From Octopus sinensis (taxonomy: Eukaryota), in the NCBI RefSeq assembly GCF_006345805.1, contig NW_021835966.1, positions 5,368 through 69,367 on the forward strand: DNA of 64,000 nt, read 5' to 3'. Of this stretch, positions 12,587 to 24,473 are shown one piece after another (positions within the stretch are counted from its first letter, which is position 1; each line of letters starts with the position of its first letter). Both the position numbers and the translations under genes were made by a program. The notes under the pieces were generated by a model. It did not search any database and was not told the DNA's origin. It worked only from the letters and a program-made list of their open reading frames with translations.

Positions 12587-13006
12587 TACTCTTTACTCTT
12601 TTACTCTTTTACTTGTTTCAGTCATTTGACTGCGGCCATGCTGGAGCACCACCTTTAATCGAGCAGCTCGACCCCGGGACTTATTCTTTTGTAAGCCCAG
12701 TACTTATTCTATCGGTCTCTTTTGCCGAACCGCTAAGTAACGGGGACATAAACACACCAGCATCGGTTGTCAAGCAATGCTAGGGGGGACAAACACAGAC
12801 ACACAAACACACACACGCATATACATATATATACATATATACGACGGGCTTCTTTCAGTTTCCGTCTACCAAATCCACTCACAAGGCATTGGTCGGCCCG
12901 AGGCTATAGCAGAAGACACTTTCCCAAGATGCCACGCAGTGGGACTGAACCCGGAACCATGTGGTTGGTTAGCAAGCTACTTACCACACAGCCACTCCTG
13001 CGCCTA
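12587..13006 (-). mobile_element. SINE family B, full length
   Basis: Homologous to the other family B copies. Confidence 0.9.
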
Positions 13007-13801
13007 TATGAAAAAAAAAAAAGAAACATCATTAAGAGAATATGTCAACTTTGTCTTTCCCCTTTGTCTCTCTTGGTTTCGGTTTTTCTTTCGCTTAATT
13101 GTACTTTTGCTATTCTTCAAGGCACAATTATTCTTGACATCACACTAATTGCTTCATTTACGATTAAGTTAAAATATAAAAATGATTCATTTTTCATCAT
13201 TTTTTTTTTCTTTTTCAATCGTTCTTGTTTCAACTTTTATACATTTGTTTTTTGCTGTCTTAAATATTTATGTCTTCTTGTTTGTGTCTTTCACCTTCCA
13301 ATTGTCCCCTTACCTTTCATCATTTTCTTTTGTCTCCAACGAACTGTTTTTATTCCACCATTTGTTTACACAGCCGTCGTATTTATATATTTAAATGCTA
13401 GACACATGTATATACATATGAGTGTGTGTATGTGTGTGGGCGTATGATGAAGATTGTCTGGTGTATGTTAGTGTTTCTATCCTTTTTATATAGCTGAAAC
13501 CATGTAATTTATATAGGAAGAATATAAGTCCGTGGTCTGTAATTTTATATTGTATGAATTTTATTATTTCGTGCTTAACACATCTTCGTCAAGAAATATC
13601 CAGAGAAATTCTTTTGAGAGAAGACATTTGTGTTTTGTAGTTTATGTATATGAAGTCTGCATGGGGACTCGCACCCACAACCACTGTAGAAATATGTGTA
13701 CAGGAGACATAGGTTCGAATATCAGTCAGTATTCACTGTTTTTCTGTCCAAGGAGGTTTTTCAAGTCAATATTCACATGGCATTATTTATAGCTTTATGA
13801 A

Positions 13802-14510
13802 GGCGGCGGGTTGGCAGAATGGTTAGCACACCGGGAAAATTGCTTAGCGACGAGCTGGCAGAACCGTTAGCACGTCGGGCAAAATGCTTAGCAGTATTTC
13901 GTCTGCCGCTACGTATTGAGTTCAAATTCCGCCGAGGTCAACTTTGCCTTTCATCCTTTCGGGGTCGATTAAATAAGTACCAGTTACTGGGGTTGATATA
14001 ATCGGCTTAATCCGTTTGTCTGTCCTTGTTTGTCCCCCCTGTGTTTAGCTCCTTGTAGGTAGTAAAGAAATAAAGCATTTTGTCCGTCCTTACGTTCTGA
14101 GTTTAGATTTCGCCGAGTTCGACTTTGTATTTCATCCTTTCCGGGTCGATAAATTAAGTACCAGTGAAACACAGGGGTCGATCTAATTGACTAATCCCCT
14201 CTCACCAAATTCAGGCCTTGTGCCTTTAGTAAAAGAGACAATTAAATAAGTACCAGTTACTGGGGTCGATATAATCGGCTTAATCCGTTTGTCTGTCCTT
14301 GTTTGTCCTCCCTGTGTTTAGGCCCTTGTGGGTAGTAAAGAAATAGGCATTTTGTCCGTCCTTACGTTCTGAGTTTAGATTTCGCCGAGTTCGACTTTGC
14401 ATTTCATCCTTTCCGGGTCGATAAATTAAGAACCAGTGAAACACAGGGGTCCTTCTAATTGACTAATCCCCTCTCACCACATTCAGGCTTGTGCTTTTAG
14501 TAAAAGAGGA
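13802..14510 (+). mobile_element. SINE family A array: duplicated head, mixed tails, plus ~273 bp local tandem duplication
   Basis: Two heads (13802 and ~13846). TTAAATAAGTACCAGTTACTGGGG recurs at ~13969 and ~14242. Alternates tail 1 and tail 2 (CTAATCCCCTCTCACC...CAGGC(C)TTGTG). Confidence 0.8.
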
Positions 14511-14785
14511 TTATTTATGGTTTCATATGCATCGTGCATTTCCATCAGCAAACTCATTAATTTCCACACTAAAATTTTATTTATAGCTGCCATTATTAAG
14601 AACTTTAATATAATTTGCGTAAATAGCGTATTCTTGGCAGCTAGTTCCATTAACAAATACCTGAGAGATTGGTAGAATTAGCTCACACTGCTAATATATT
14701 CTATATAATCAAATATACAGGGTGATTACAAAAGTTATTATACAAATAGGAAAATTTATTAAAATTGTAGTATAAACTGGATACT

Positions 14786-14912
14786 ACAGTTCTATATTTA
14801 AGCGATGTGGAATTATGTACATTATTTACATTATTTATATTTGACAGATATTTGTCCTCATCTTGTTTGTTGTTAACACAATGTTTCGGCTGATATACCC
14901 ACCAGCCTTCAT
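14786..14912 (-). mobile_element. Penelope-like terminal fragment with 5'-truncated hammerhead motif (14876-14912)
   Basis: Minus strand ATGA-A-GGCTG-gtgggtatat-CAGCC-GAAAC-ATT-GTG. The 5-bp stem II is intact but the start of the CUGA core is missing. Confidence 0.55.
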
Positions 14913-14959
14913 ACTACATAATTATAACGGGTCGGTGGTTTAAATTCACATTAATGACT

Positions 14960-15220
14960 CAACACTCGTGGGTTCGAGTCTCAGACCGGGCGATGTGTGT
15001 GTTTATGAGCGAAACACCTAAGTTCCACGCGGCTCCGAAGAAGGTAAAGGCGAACTTCTGCTGACTCTTTTGCCACAACTTTCTCTCATTCTTTTCTCCT
15101 GCATCCAGCAGCTTACCTGCAACGGACCGGCGTTCAATCCAGGTGGGGAAACCTATACGCCAAGTAAATCGGGAAACCGGCCCTAGGAGCCAGGCGTGGC
15201 TCGATAAGGAACAAACAACA
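14960..15220 (+). mobile_element. SINE family C, degenerate, tail related to types i and iv
   Basis: GGGTTCGAGTCTCAGACCGGGCGATGTGTGTGTTTATGAGCGAAACACCTAAG...CCACAACTTTCTCTCA... Confidence 0.7.
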
Positions 15221-15904
15221 TTTATATTTGTTAAAACTACACTAGAAATTTACATACACTCATACACAAACATACACACATATACAGCACACACACGCAC
15301 ACGTATTTCAAATGAAGTTATTTTATTCTGTACGGATATAAATATAGCAAAAACAGTTGGAAATACACTGGGATTGGTTTATATATTTTATTTTAAAATC
15401 TTTAAATCTGTGAAACCTGTTATGTCTTTAAAAATCTAAACGAATCTCATAGCATTTTCAACTTCATATTTATATATGACTCTGTTTATATACACAATGG
15501 GCATATATATAATGCATTGAATATAATATACACATATACATGTGTACATGTGTACGTACGTATATAGATATGTATGCGTGACTCAGAAATAAACTAATAT
15601 GGTTTCTTTATTGATTTTAAATGCTCTGGAACAAGTTATTCACATCAAAAGCAAAACAAAGGAATATAACAAACTAGATTGAAATTTCAGTGCAAATAAT
15701 TTCAAATATATAAGTTACATTCTATCATAAATGGCGAGAAAATTTAATAAATTTAACAAAAGATACATTTGGTAAAGTGTATAGTTCATAATGAGTTTTT
15801 CGTTCTGTTAACAAAATGTTATTTATATTAATTACATTAATGCTATTATAGAAATATTAAAATTACTAAGTCTCTCTAAAGGAGATTACGGCAGCGTTAC
15901 TGGA

Positions 15905-15984
15905 AATTAATAGTTATCGCCATACTAATATGGCAGTCTTATAAATATAAGACTGCCATATTAGTATGGCGATAACTATTAATT
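15905..15984. repeat. Perfect 39-bp inverted repeat with 2-nt spacer
   Basis: AATTAATAGTTATCGCCATACTAATATGGCAGTCTTATA-AA-TATAAGACTGCCATATTAGTATGGCGATAACTATTAATT, checked base by base. Confidence 0.95.
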
Positions 15985-16316
15985 AATGCTATTGTTTGAA
16001 AATTCCAATGAATATTTGTCGTGTCTAGGAAAGGTCATTATGCAAATAAATTTTAAGTAAACACACGCACCGGTACAACACCCATTCATTATTATACCAA
16101 CTAAGTTTTCAATGGTTTTTTAAAATATATTTATTGAACAATCGATCAGTTATTACTTTTCTCTGTCAGTGTTATTTTGTAGCTATTCGTGACTTCATCA
16201 ATTAAATACTCCCACACTTTAAGATCTGCTTTGAGTCTATCTGAGAACTAGTTTTATGCCTATGCGCATGCGTGTATGTGTGGGGGGATGTGACATCTCA
16301 AGACGGTTACAATACC

Positions 16317-16554
16317 TATTTCTTTACTACCCACAAGGGGCTAAACACAGAGGGGACAAACAGGGACAGTAAAAACTGTCGATTAAGTCGATTACATCGA
16401 CCCCAGTGCGTAACTGGTACTTAATTTATCGACCCCGAAAGGATGAAAGGCAAAGTCGACCTCAGCGGAATTTGAACTCAGAACGTAACGGTAGACGAAA
16501 TACGGCTACGCATTTCGCCCGGCCTGCTAACGTTTCTGCCAGCTCGCCACCTCA
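16317..16554 (-). mobile_element. SINE family A monomer with target-site duplication
   Basis: ACGGTTACAATACC at 16303-16316 and 16555-16568. Confidence 0.9.
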
Positions 16555-16871
16555 ACGGTTACAATACCAGTGACTGTTGGAGTAGTTGGCATACCATTGC
16601 TGGCTTACCATCCATGGAGGAAGTGCAAAAGATTGTCTTATTTTCCCTCTTTATTTAATTTTTAACTTTTTTATTTTTTATTTTTCCTTTTTCACTCTTC
16701 CCCTTTTTGTCTATCACATGACTTTATAAATGAACAATCTGGTGTGTTTTTGTTTTAATGGCCTACCAATGTATACAGTACGTTCTCAGCCCTAGGTGTC
16801 AGCAAGACACTCAGCAAGAAATCGAAGCAAAATTGAAAGATGCTAATGAAAATGGCAACAACAACAACAAC

Positions 16872-16926
<55 letters not shown>

Positions 16927-17000
16927 GTAATAATAATTAGAATAATAATAATAAAAAAATAATAATGATAATAATAATAATAAAAATAATAATAATAATA

Positions 17001-17427
17001 CAGATTTGCTTGTCATTTGTTTGACCTTATCCAGTTGAGCATGACCCTTAGTGGCTGACGATATGTGCATCTCTGATCACGAGCAGAAGTAGTTGGGGAG
17101 CATCATAGCCGTGTGTTGAAAGGAATTTTTAGAGGTTTGGAGAATTCACCTCTGGAAACATGGGTGTTTCCTTCAACATCCTTAAGCAATCCTTATTCAG
17201 GGACCTTTTGAGCAGGATAGGCTACTCGACTAGAAGAAAGTTCTAACTGGGCCCTACAGGCAAGCTCATGGGCTGTTTATCTTGATATGAGATACCATGG
17301 CGTGCACATATGGTTGTGATGCATGTGTCTGGTGTACCCTTATCTGACGGGTAGTCATGATGGGTATACTGGGCTTCGTATACTTTACCCCAGTGTCACT
17401 CTGACAGCATGCACTACTCTCTCACTC

Positions 17428-17428
<1 letters not shown>
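17001..17428 (+). mobile_element. Family F, (AAT)n-tailed non-coding retroelement
   Basis: CAGATTTGCTTGTC...GTTGAGCATGACCCTTAGTGGCTGACGATATGTGCATCTCTG...CTCTCTCACTC(AAT)n. Homologs at 21830, 22160 and 36770. Confidence 0.7.
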
Positions 17429-17483
<55 letters not shown>

Positions 17484-17485
<2 letters not shown>

Positions 17486-18160
17486 TCAACAGGCATGATA
17501 GAGCTGCACAATATATTCACTGGGTAATTTGCAAAAACCTGGATTTGCCCATGAAAAAAACTGGTGGGAACACAATCCACCTCCAGTGCTTGAAAATGAC
17601 CACATCTCACTCCTCTGGAACTTCACCATTCAAACTGACAGAAAGATAGATGCAAATAGGCCAGACATCATAGTGAAAGACTTCAGACAAAGAACATGCC
17701 TCCTCATTGATATGACTGTCCCAATCGATATAAACGTATTTGTCTAAACCTACCAAAAACTGAGCAAATATAAAGATCTTGAAATAGCAATCAGCAAAAT
17801 GTGGAAGCTGAAGACTAAAACAATACCTGTTGTCATAGGTGCCCTGGGAATGATAGCGAAGGGGACTGATTGCTACCTAACTCAAATACATGGAAATCCC
17901 AAAATGGCAGAAATTCAAAAGATAGTGCTCATGGGAACTGCTCATATCCTATGTAAAATACTCTCTATGTAATTCCAAGGTTTAAAACAAAAGTTTTTTG
18001 TTTTTTTTACGTATTAGACATTCACTAGTACAACACAAAAAACCCCAAATATATGGCACACTAGGCATAACAACGTGAACTTCCAACCTGTTGTCTCTTG
18101 AGGTCTCTGGGTGAGACTTGGAGCCAACTTGTACAGACATAAAGCAAAAGTCAAACATAA
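17484..18160 (+). mobile_element. R4/Dong-clade LINE 3' fragment (restriction-like endonuclease domain, disrupted)
   Basis: RHDRAAQYIHW...NRPDIIVKDFRQRTCLLIDMTVP...QKLSKYKDL...IPVVIGALG...KIVLMGTAHIL (PD-x(n)-D RLE motif). Has a frameshift and a stop, and is flanked by (AAT)n on both sides. Confidence 0.85.
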
Positions 18161-18227
<67 letters not shown>

Positions 18228-18559
18228 TAATAATAATGTTTCATTTATTGGCCACCAGAGCCGACATATAGGAGACAATACAGCAGACATGAACTGAAGG
18301 GATTTTACACAAAACAACAAGTACACAATAAAAATAATAAACTGGTTTAGTAGTTCGCTGGAAGCATTGTGTATTGCTTGTGAAATGTAACGTGTCAGGA
18401 ATGGCACAACAATGCAGACTGGACTATAATAACAGTTATGAATAATTTAATTATTCATATTCTAATATATTTCAGAATATAAAGATTCCTTCTTCAGATA
18501 TTGCTAGCAATATCTTAAGACACGTTGCATTTCAGAAATAATTATAATATCAGACAAAA

Positions 18560-19870
18560 GGAATATGACAATGAAAGTTTGCCATTGCGGTGGGGTGGGG
18601 GTAAACATCTAGACTTGGCTCAGGTACCCCACCGATCCTGAACCACTCGACGCTTCCAGGGATTTCGGGAAGGGCACTCTTCTCCCTCTCAAATTTACTA
18701 GCTTGCAAACTCATTATTGGAGTACGTCCAATCACATTGGCCATTTTCGCTACGTTCACCCACCGTTCAGCAAATGTACTGGGAGGTAGCGCTTCTCTCT
18801 CCATCGTCATCTTCTTTTCCAAGTGAAATTTGAAAAGAGGGATTGTCCGAAGATAAAAAGTGTCTATCTTCAGTCGTTTCAACCTGGTCCAGTACACAAC
18901 TTCTTTCAGACAGAGAAAAATTGCTACCCTTTCGGGCCAATGAGTTGATCTTCTATTAATATCTCTTTTCCTAGTGAAAATCCTATATCCGATCTAGATG
19001 ACCCTAAGCCGTTGGTCCAGGTCCATACTGGCGCATTAGGGAAATTTATCAGACAGTTAGAGCTGGCTGTTCAGGTACGTGAAGCATTTGTACCACCTCT
19101 TGTATCAGCTACTCCCACACAATTCCAGTGTTGATCTAAGATTCCGTTCTGGGGCCCTACTAAAAGTAAAGAACGAAACGTACCTAGAAAGGCTTTCAGA
19201 TGCCTAAAGAAATCCGGCCGTTTTGCTCCGGTATGAGCGTAGACGACCACCAGTCTAAATATGCTACCTTCATTATTGTTCACGTCCAGGACCACCAACT
19301 TGGCGTCGGGTCCCGGAAGATCGACCTTACCTCGCGATTCAGCTCTTTCCGAAACAACACTGTCACTCCACATCCCATTCCCATTCTGATAGTCGTCGAA
19401 CATGGGAACCAGTATGCGTGTACTGGAAATCCTGGTCTCACTGACAGCAGTTATATCCAATTCTTGAGACTTGAGGTCGTTGAGAAGGCACCCCTTCTTC
19501 CGGGCGACCCCAAGCCTCGAACATTTAAAAATCCTACTCTTAGTATGGCCATGTTGGTCAGCTACAGATCGAAGGGAAAGTTTAACTTACCTCCCGGTGT
19601 CTTGTGAAGGTTGGGTGATTCGACTTCCATAATTGGATGAGGTCTTTTGGTCGTGTGGGGACACCCGTTTAAGAGGCTCGATGTAAGTCTTACGTTCGGG
19701 ATTCACACGTCTTCAGGAAAACTTCCACGAATTTTTGTGAGCGGCATTCCCACCAGAAATTCTGCTACGCGAAACGTGTTCGATTCGAATATCACTCCTG
19801 TTTCAAATTAAATATTTTATGTTACGAAGGACATGAGGTCCTCGTTGTCTCTTCTAATGAGTACGAAGTT
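18560..19870 (-). mobile_element. Tx1/L1-clade LINE relic: ORF1 end plus ORF2 APE endonuclease, frameshifted
   Basis: From ATG 19552: MAILRVGFLNVRGLG...DITAVSETR...FRLVVVYAHTG...LLLVG...ILD...VWTWTNGLGSSRS. These are APE/EEP motifs with frameshifts. Confidence 0.8.
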
Positions 19871-20246
19871 CAGTGTTTTGTGTTGGTGGTGTTTAGTTTG
19901 TTTGACTGTAGTGGTGATAGTATTGTTGTTGTTGTTGCTGTTGTATCTGTTCTATCTGTGTGTGTTATGAGTGTGGTATCTGCATTTTTAGATGTTTGTG
20001 TGAGTGTTTATTCTTATTTTAGTTTTTTGCGTTTGGGCGATTATAGTGATAGTGATGGTTTTGGTGTTTTGTGGGAGACGTTTACGTAGGTGATGTCTGT
20101 ACCTTTGTGGTGTCTGTATGTATCTATATAATCTTGTTTATGTGTGTAATTTTGTTTGGTGTGAGGTGGGTAGGACAATTTCCCTTGCTTCCCCCTACGG
20201 TGATTTAATGTCTTTGGTGTTGGGTGCTGGTGGTTGTTGTTGCTAT

Positions 20247-20263
20247 CACTACTACTGCTACTG

Positions 20264-20319
<56 letters not shown>

Positions 20320-20320
20320 G
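20247..20320. repeat. (CTA)n microsatellite
   Basis: Read directly from the sequence. Confidence 0.95.
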
Positions 20321-20351
20321 CTGTGACTCCTGTCACTCTGGCAGCTACTGC

Positions 20352-20760
20352 TTGTTTGTTTGTTTGTTTGTTCAGCGAAGCGGTCTTCGTCCCAGAGCTC
20401 GCAAGATCGCGCCTCAGGATTGTTTGTAGTGGGAAAAGTACGAAACGTGGTCCTTTGCTATTCGTAAGACCCGCAGGAGGTAAAGCAGGTCAACCCCCGA
20501 CACCGAGAGCATCGACGGATGGACGGATGCGCATCCAGGCTCAGCGGTTGCGTAGGAAGTCGGGGACAAGAACCAGGAAGAAAGAGAGAGAAAGTTAGTG
20601 CGAAAGAGTATAGCAGATATCGCCCCCCTCCTGCCAGAGCCGCGTGGAGCTTTAGGTGTTTCCTCTCAATAAACACACACAATGGCCGGTGTGGGAATCG
20701 AAACCGCGATCCTCCTACCGCGAATCCGCTGCCCTAACCACTGGGCCATTGCGCCTCCAC
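20352..20760 (-). mobile_element. SINE family C, tail type iii ending in (ACAA)n
   Basis: Same head and body as other C copies up to CTTTCTTCCT, then a unique tail ...GAAGACCGCTTCGCTG(AACA)n. Confidence 0.75.
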
Positions 20761-20770
20761 TATGGCTGCA

Positions 20771-21261
20771 GCTGTTGCCTTCTTCCAATCAGGACTCACG
20801 CCATTAGGCACAAACAATACTCTCTAATTCGAGCCTACTCTGAGCTACTAAGAATACGTGTGGCAACTTGAAGATCACCCGCCACACGCGATAGACTGGC
20901 GGTTGCACGGGCGCGAAAGCTACGTTGTTACCCGTATTCCGTAAACGGTGGCTTTTAACGGGCGGAGAGCTGAACCATCCTGGGGTAGAGAGGATTCGCA
21001 ATCTAGACTAGGGTCTGAAAGTTTACCACACCATAGTGGGTTACACCATGGTTCCTCTGCTTTGTGGCAAAAGTAGGAAGAAAGAGTGAGAAAAAGTTGT
21101 GGTGAAAGAGTACAGCGGAGTTCACCACCACCCCGCCGGTGCCTGGTGGAGCTTAGGTGTTTTTGCGCAAAAAACACTCACAATGCTCGGTTTGGGAATC
21201 GAAACCGCGTTCTTAACACCGCGAGTTCGCTGCCCTAACCACTGGGCCATTGCGTCTCCAC
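20771..21261 (-). mobile_element. SINE family C, tail type ii
   Basis: Homologous to 989-1471 throughout. Confidence 0.85.
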
Positions 21262-21781
21262 TTGTTCATGTGCTGTTGATGCTATCGCTGTTACTGTCTC
21301 TGCTACTATTGTTCTTACTGTTAGGTGGAATTCATACCATGACAGTCTTGTTTTTCTCCTCCTCCCCTTCGCCTGTATGGTTACAAGTAAAGGAGAGAAG
21401 GGGAGGATAATCTTCAGCTGTTACTATATTCGTAGGAGGGGTTGTTTTATTTTTTTCTCAGCTCTTTCAAGTTGCGCTCTGCCATCGTTTTACGTTGCAT
21501 TTGATGAAATGAAATGAAATTAAATTAAATTAAACGAATAATATTATTTGCTGGGCCGAATTCCAGCCCTCTAGGGGCTAAACAACCATAGAAAACCAGT
21601 AACAGGTTCCTGGTGATAATATTCACAACTTGGAATAAAACAATTATTGAAAAAATATACAAATCCTGGTGTAAATAAATATTTTGAACTAAACTTATTT
21701 GGAGTGTTCGAAAACATGTCCCATGTATTCGGCAGCAAATACAACAACAACAACAACATTAATAATAATCAAATAGAATTA

Positions 21782-21829
<48 letters not shown>

Positions 21830-21831
<2 letters not shown>

Positions 21832-22084
21832 GAGCGTGCCATTAAAGTGATAGTTGAAGGTTTGTTTAAGGATGAACAAAACAGCCATGTTTCTAGAGGT
21901 GAATTATCCAAATTCCAAAGAATTCCCCTCAACACGTTGCTACGATGCTCCTCCACAACTTTCGTGACCAGAGATACACATATCGCCAGTCACTAAGGGC
22001 CATGCTCAACTGGTTATGGTCAAGCAGCTGACAAGTAAATCTGTGGTATGGAGCAGGATATTTGCTGTAGCCCATCTTTTATAC

Positions 22085-22086
<2 letters not shown>
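21830..22086 (-). mobile_element. Family F, internally deleted copy between (AAT)n tracts
   Basis: Reverse complement matches 17001-17190 and the CTCAATAAT end. Confidence 0.65.
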
Positions 22087-22159
<73 letters not shown>

Positions 22160-22163
<4 letters not shown>

Positions 22164-22560
22164 GAGTGAGACAGCAGTACATGCGAACAACGTGACATTG
22201 GGGTAAAATATACCCATGATAACTACCTATCTGATAAGTGTTCACCAAGCACGTGCAGCATAAATGTATGTTCGCGACATGTTGATCTCATATCACGATA
22301 AAAAGCGCATGACCTTGCAGGTGGGGACCTTGCAGGTGGGGACCTTGCAGGTGGGGACCTTGCAGGTGCGGACCTTGCAGGTCGGATAGCACATCCCACT
22401 CAAAAGGTCCCTGAATAGGGTCGTTTAAGAATGTTAAACGAAGAACACATGTTTCCAGAGATGCATAATTCAAACTCCAAATAATTCCTCTCTGCACATG
22501 GCTATTAATCACCGCCACTACTTCTGCTCGTAACCAGAGATGCACATGTCGTCAGTGACT
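22160..22560 (-). mobile_element. Family F copy containing a 15-bp tandem repeat (GACCTTGCAGGTGGG x~5, 22311-22383)
   Basis: Homologous to 17001-17428. The tandem unit is read directly. Confidence 0.7.
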
Positions 22561-22956
22561 TCTATATGTACCTGTTCAGTATATCAATTTATTTAGTTAC
22601 GATGCTCGATGTTTATAAAATTCACCTGCTAAATATAAAAAAAGTGATATTTACATGAGGTTTTCTTTCTAAATATTTCATACGCAAAATTACATTATAT
22701 TATCTCCAACCAACGATAAGAGAAGTTTATTGTACATTAAATAAAGGAGATATTTGATATTTCTTAATTTTTCATGACTTATATTCGCAGCAGCTAAAGA
22801 TTATTTAAGAATAATTTACTCAATTTTTTTTTAATTTATGAAAAAACAATGAATGCAAACGATCGTTTTAAATATTCATTTGCCAGGTGGTAATAAGAAA
22901 ATGACTGATTGAAAACACAAAGGAATAATTTTTTTCTATATTTATGAAGATATATT

Positions 22957-23351
22957 GGCGCAGGAGCGGCTGTGTGGTAAGTAGCTTGCTTACCAACCAC
23001 ATGGTTCCGGGTTCAGTCCCACTGCGTGGCACCTTGGGCAAGTGTCTTCTACTATAGCCTCGGGTCGACCAAAGTCTTGTTAGTGGATTTGGCAGACGGA
23101 AACTGAAAGAAGCCCGTCGTATATATGTATATATATATATATACATATATATACTTCATAACTTAAAATTGAATAGAAGATCTGAAAACCACCTGATGAA
23201 TGTCCTTAGAAGAGACACGAAACAATTGTAGTGGCGAATTTAATTTATTTAATTTATATAAAATTTTTTATGTATTTGGATTAAGTCTTTCTTTGTTTGA
23301 TTTGCATAACAGTGGTTTTGTCTCTAATTAATATTATATATATATATATAA

Positions 23352-23389
<38 letters not shown>

Positions 23390-23625
23390 TATATTATATA
23401 TATTGTGCGTGTATGTTTGTGTGTCTGTGTTTGTCCCCTAGCATTGATTGACAACCGATGCTGGTGTGTTTACGTCGCCGTCATTAGCGGTTCGGCAAAA
23501 GAGACCGATAGAATAAGTACTAGGCTTACAAAGATTAAGTCCCGGGGTCGATTTGCTCGACTAAAGTCGGTGCTCCAGCATGGTCGCAGTCAAATGACTG
23601 AAACAAGTAAAAGAGTAAAAGAGTA
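22957..23625 (+). mobile_element. SINE family B interrupted in its internal (TA)n by a hammerhead-bearing insert (~23150-23330)
   Basis: B head at 22957-23125, (TA)n, foreign segment, (TA)n, then B 3' half at 23405-23625. Confidence 0.85.
23189..23234 (+). ncRNA. Minimal type-I hammerhead-like ribozyme
   Basis: CCAC-CTGATGA-a-TGTC-cttagaaga-GACA-c-GAA-ACAATTGT-A-GTGG: canonical CUGAUGA/GAAA core, palindromic stem III, GUA triplet. The 10.1-11.1 pair is A-C rather than G-C. Confidence 0.7.
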
Positions 23626-23939
23626 TATATAACTTATTGAATGTTGAAAACTCCATACGGTGTCACTTCTAGAGAAAGCTGAATTCTATAATAGCCAAGC
23701 AAAAGTTTACTAGAATATTAAAAAGATTAATGCATAAACTCATTGATATATTTTCATATAGCATTTTTACTAAAAGATATTTCTAAATTTTTAGACGTTC
23801 TTATCGTGATTTCCATTGTATGCATGCTACAGGTAACATTTGAACAGATCTATGAAAGTATTGTTAATTATTATTGAACAATCGCTAAGCCACTTACAAT
23901 TTCGAAAGCGGTTTTTTAATTGGACTTTTGGAGGAAATT

Positions 23940-24150
23940 CGAAAAGAAACGTTTTTTTTTTTTCGTTCCTGTTTCGTATACATTCGCTGCTTTCTTCCAA
24001 CGAATGTAATGCTCTTAGCTTATTTTTCCTTGGTGCCCGCCACATTGGAGCAATCTCGAGTATAATCAGCCGAAATTGCAAAGATAATCTGGAACTCGAC
24101 TAAGGATAGAAAACTCCGAATGATCCGTCCTTGTTTTCTTTGTATCGCCT
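23940..24150. repeat. Unclassified interspersed repeat family I, copy 1
   Basis: TAATGCTC(T/G)TAGCTTA(T/A)TTTTTCCTTGG...GAGCAATCTC...TAATCAGCCGAAATTGC is shared with 55890-56100. Confidence 0.65.
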
Positions 24151-24167
24151 GTCTGGATTTTTGAAAG

Positions 24168-24266
24168 AATGAAAGGCAAAGTCGACCTGGGCGAAATTTG
24201 AACTCAGACGCAATACCGAAAAGCATTTCACCCGGCGTGCTAAAGTTTCTGCCAGCTCGTCGCCTC
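24168..24266 (-). mobile_element. SINE family A, 5' fragment
   Basis: GAAAGGCAAAGTCGACC...TTTCTGCCAGCTCGTCGCC. Confidence 0.75.
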
Positions 24267-24267
24267 A

Positions 24268-24271
24268 TATG

Positions 24272-24331
<60 letters not shown>

Positions 24332-24442
24332 TATATATATAAATACATATGTATGTATGTATATGTATACGTATATATATATTTATATATATATATGCGT
24401 ATGTATATATACAATATATATATATATAAATATATGCGTATG

Positions 24443-24473
<31 letters not shown>

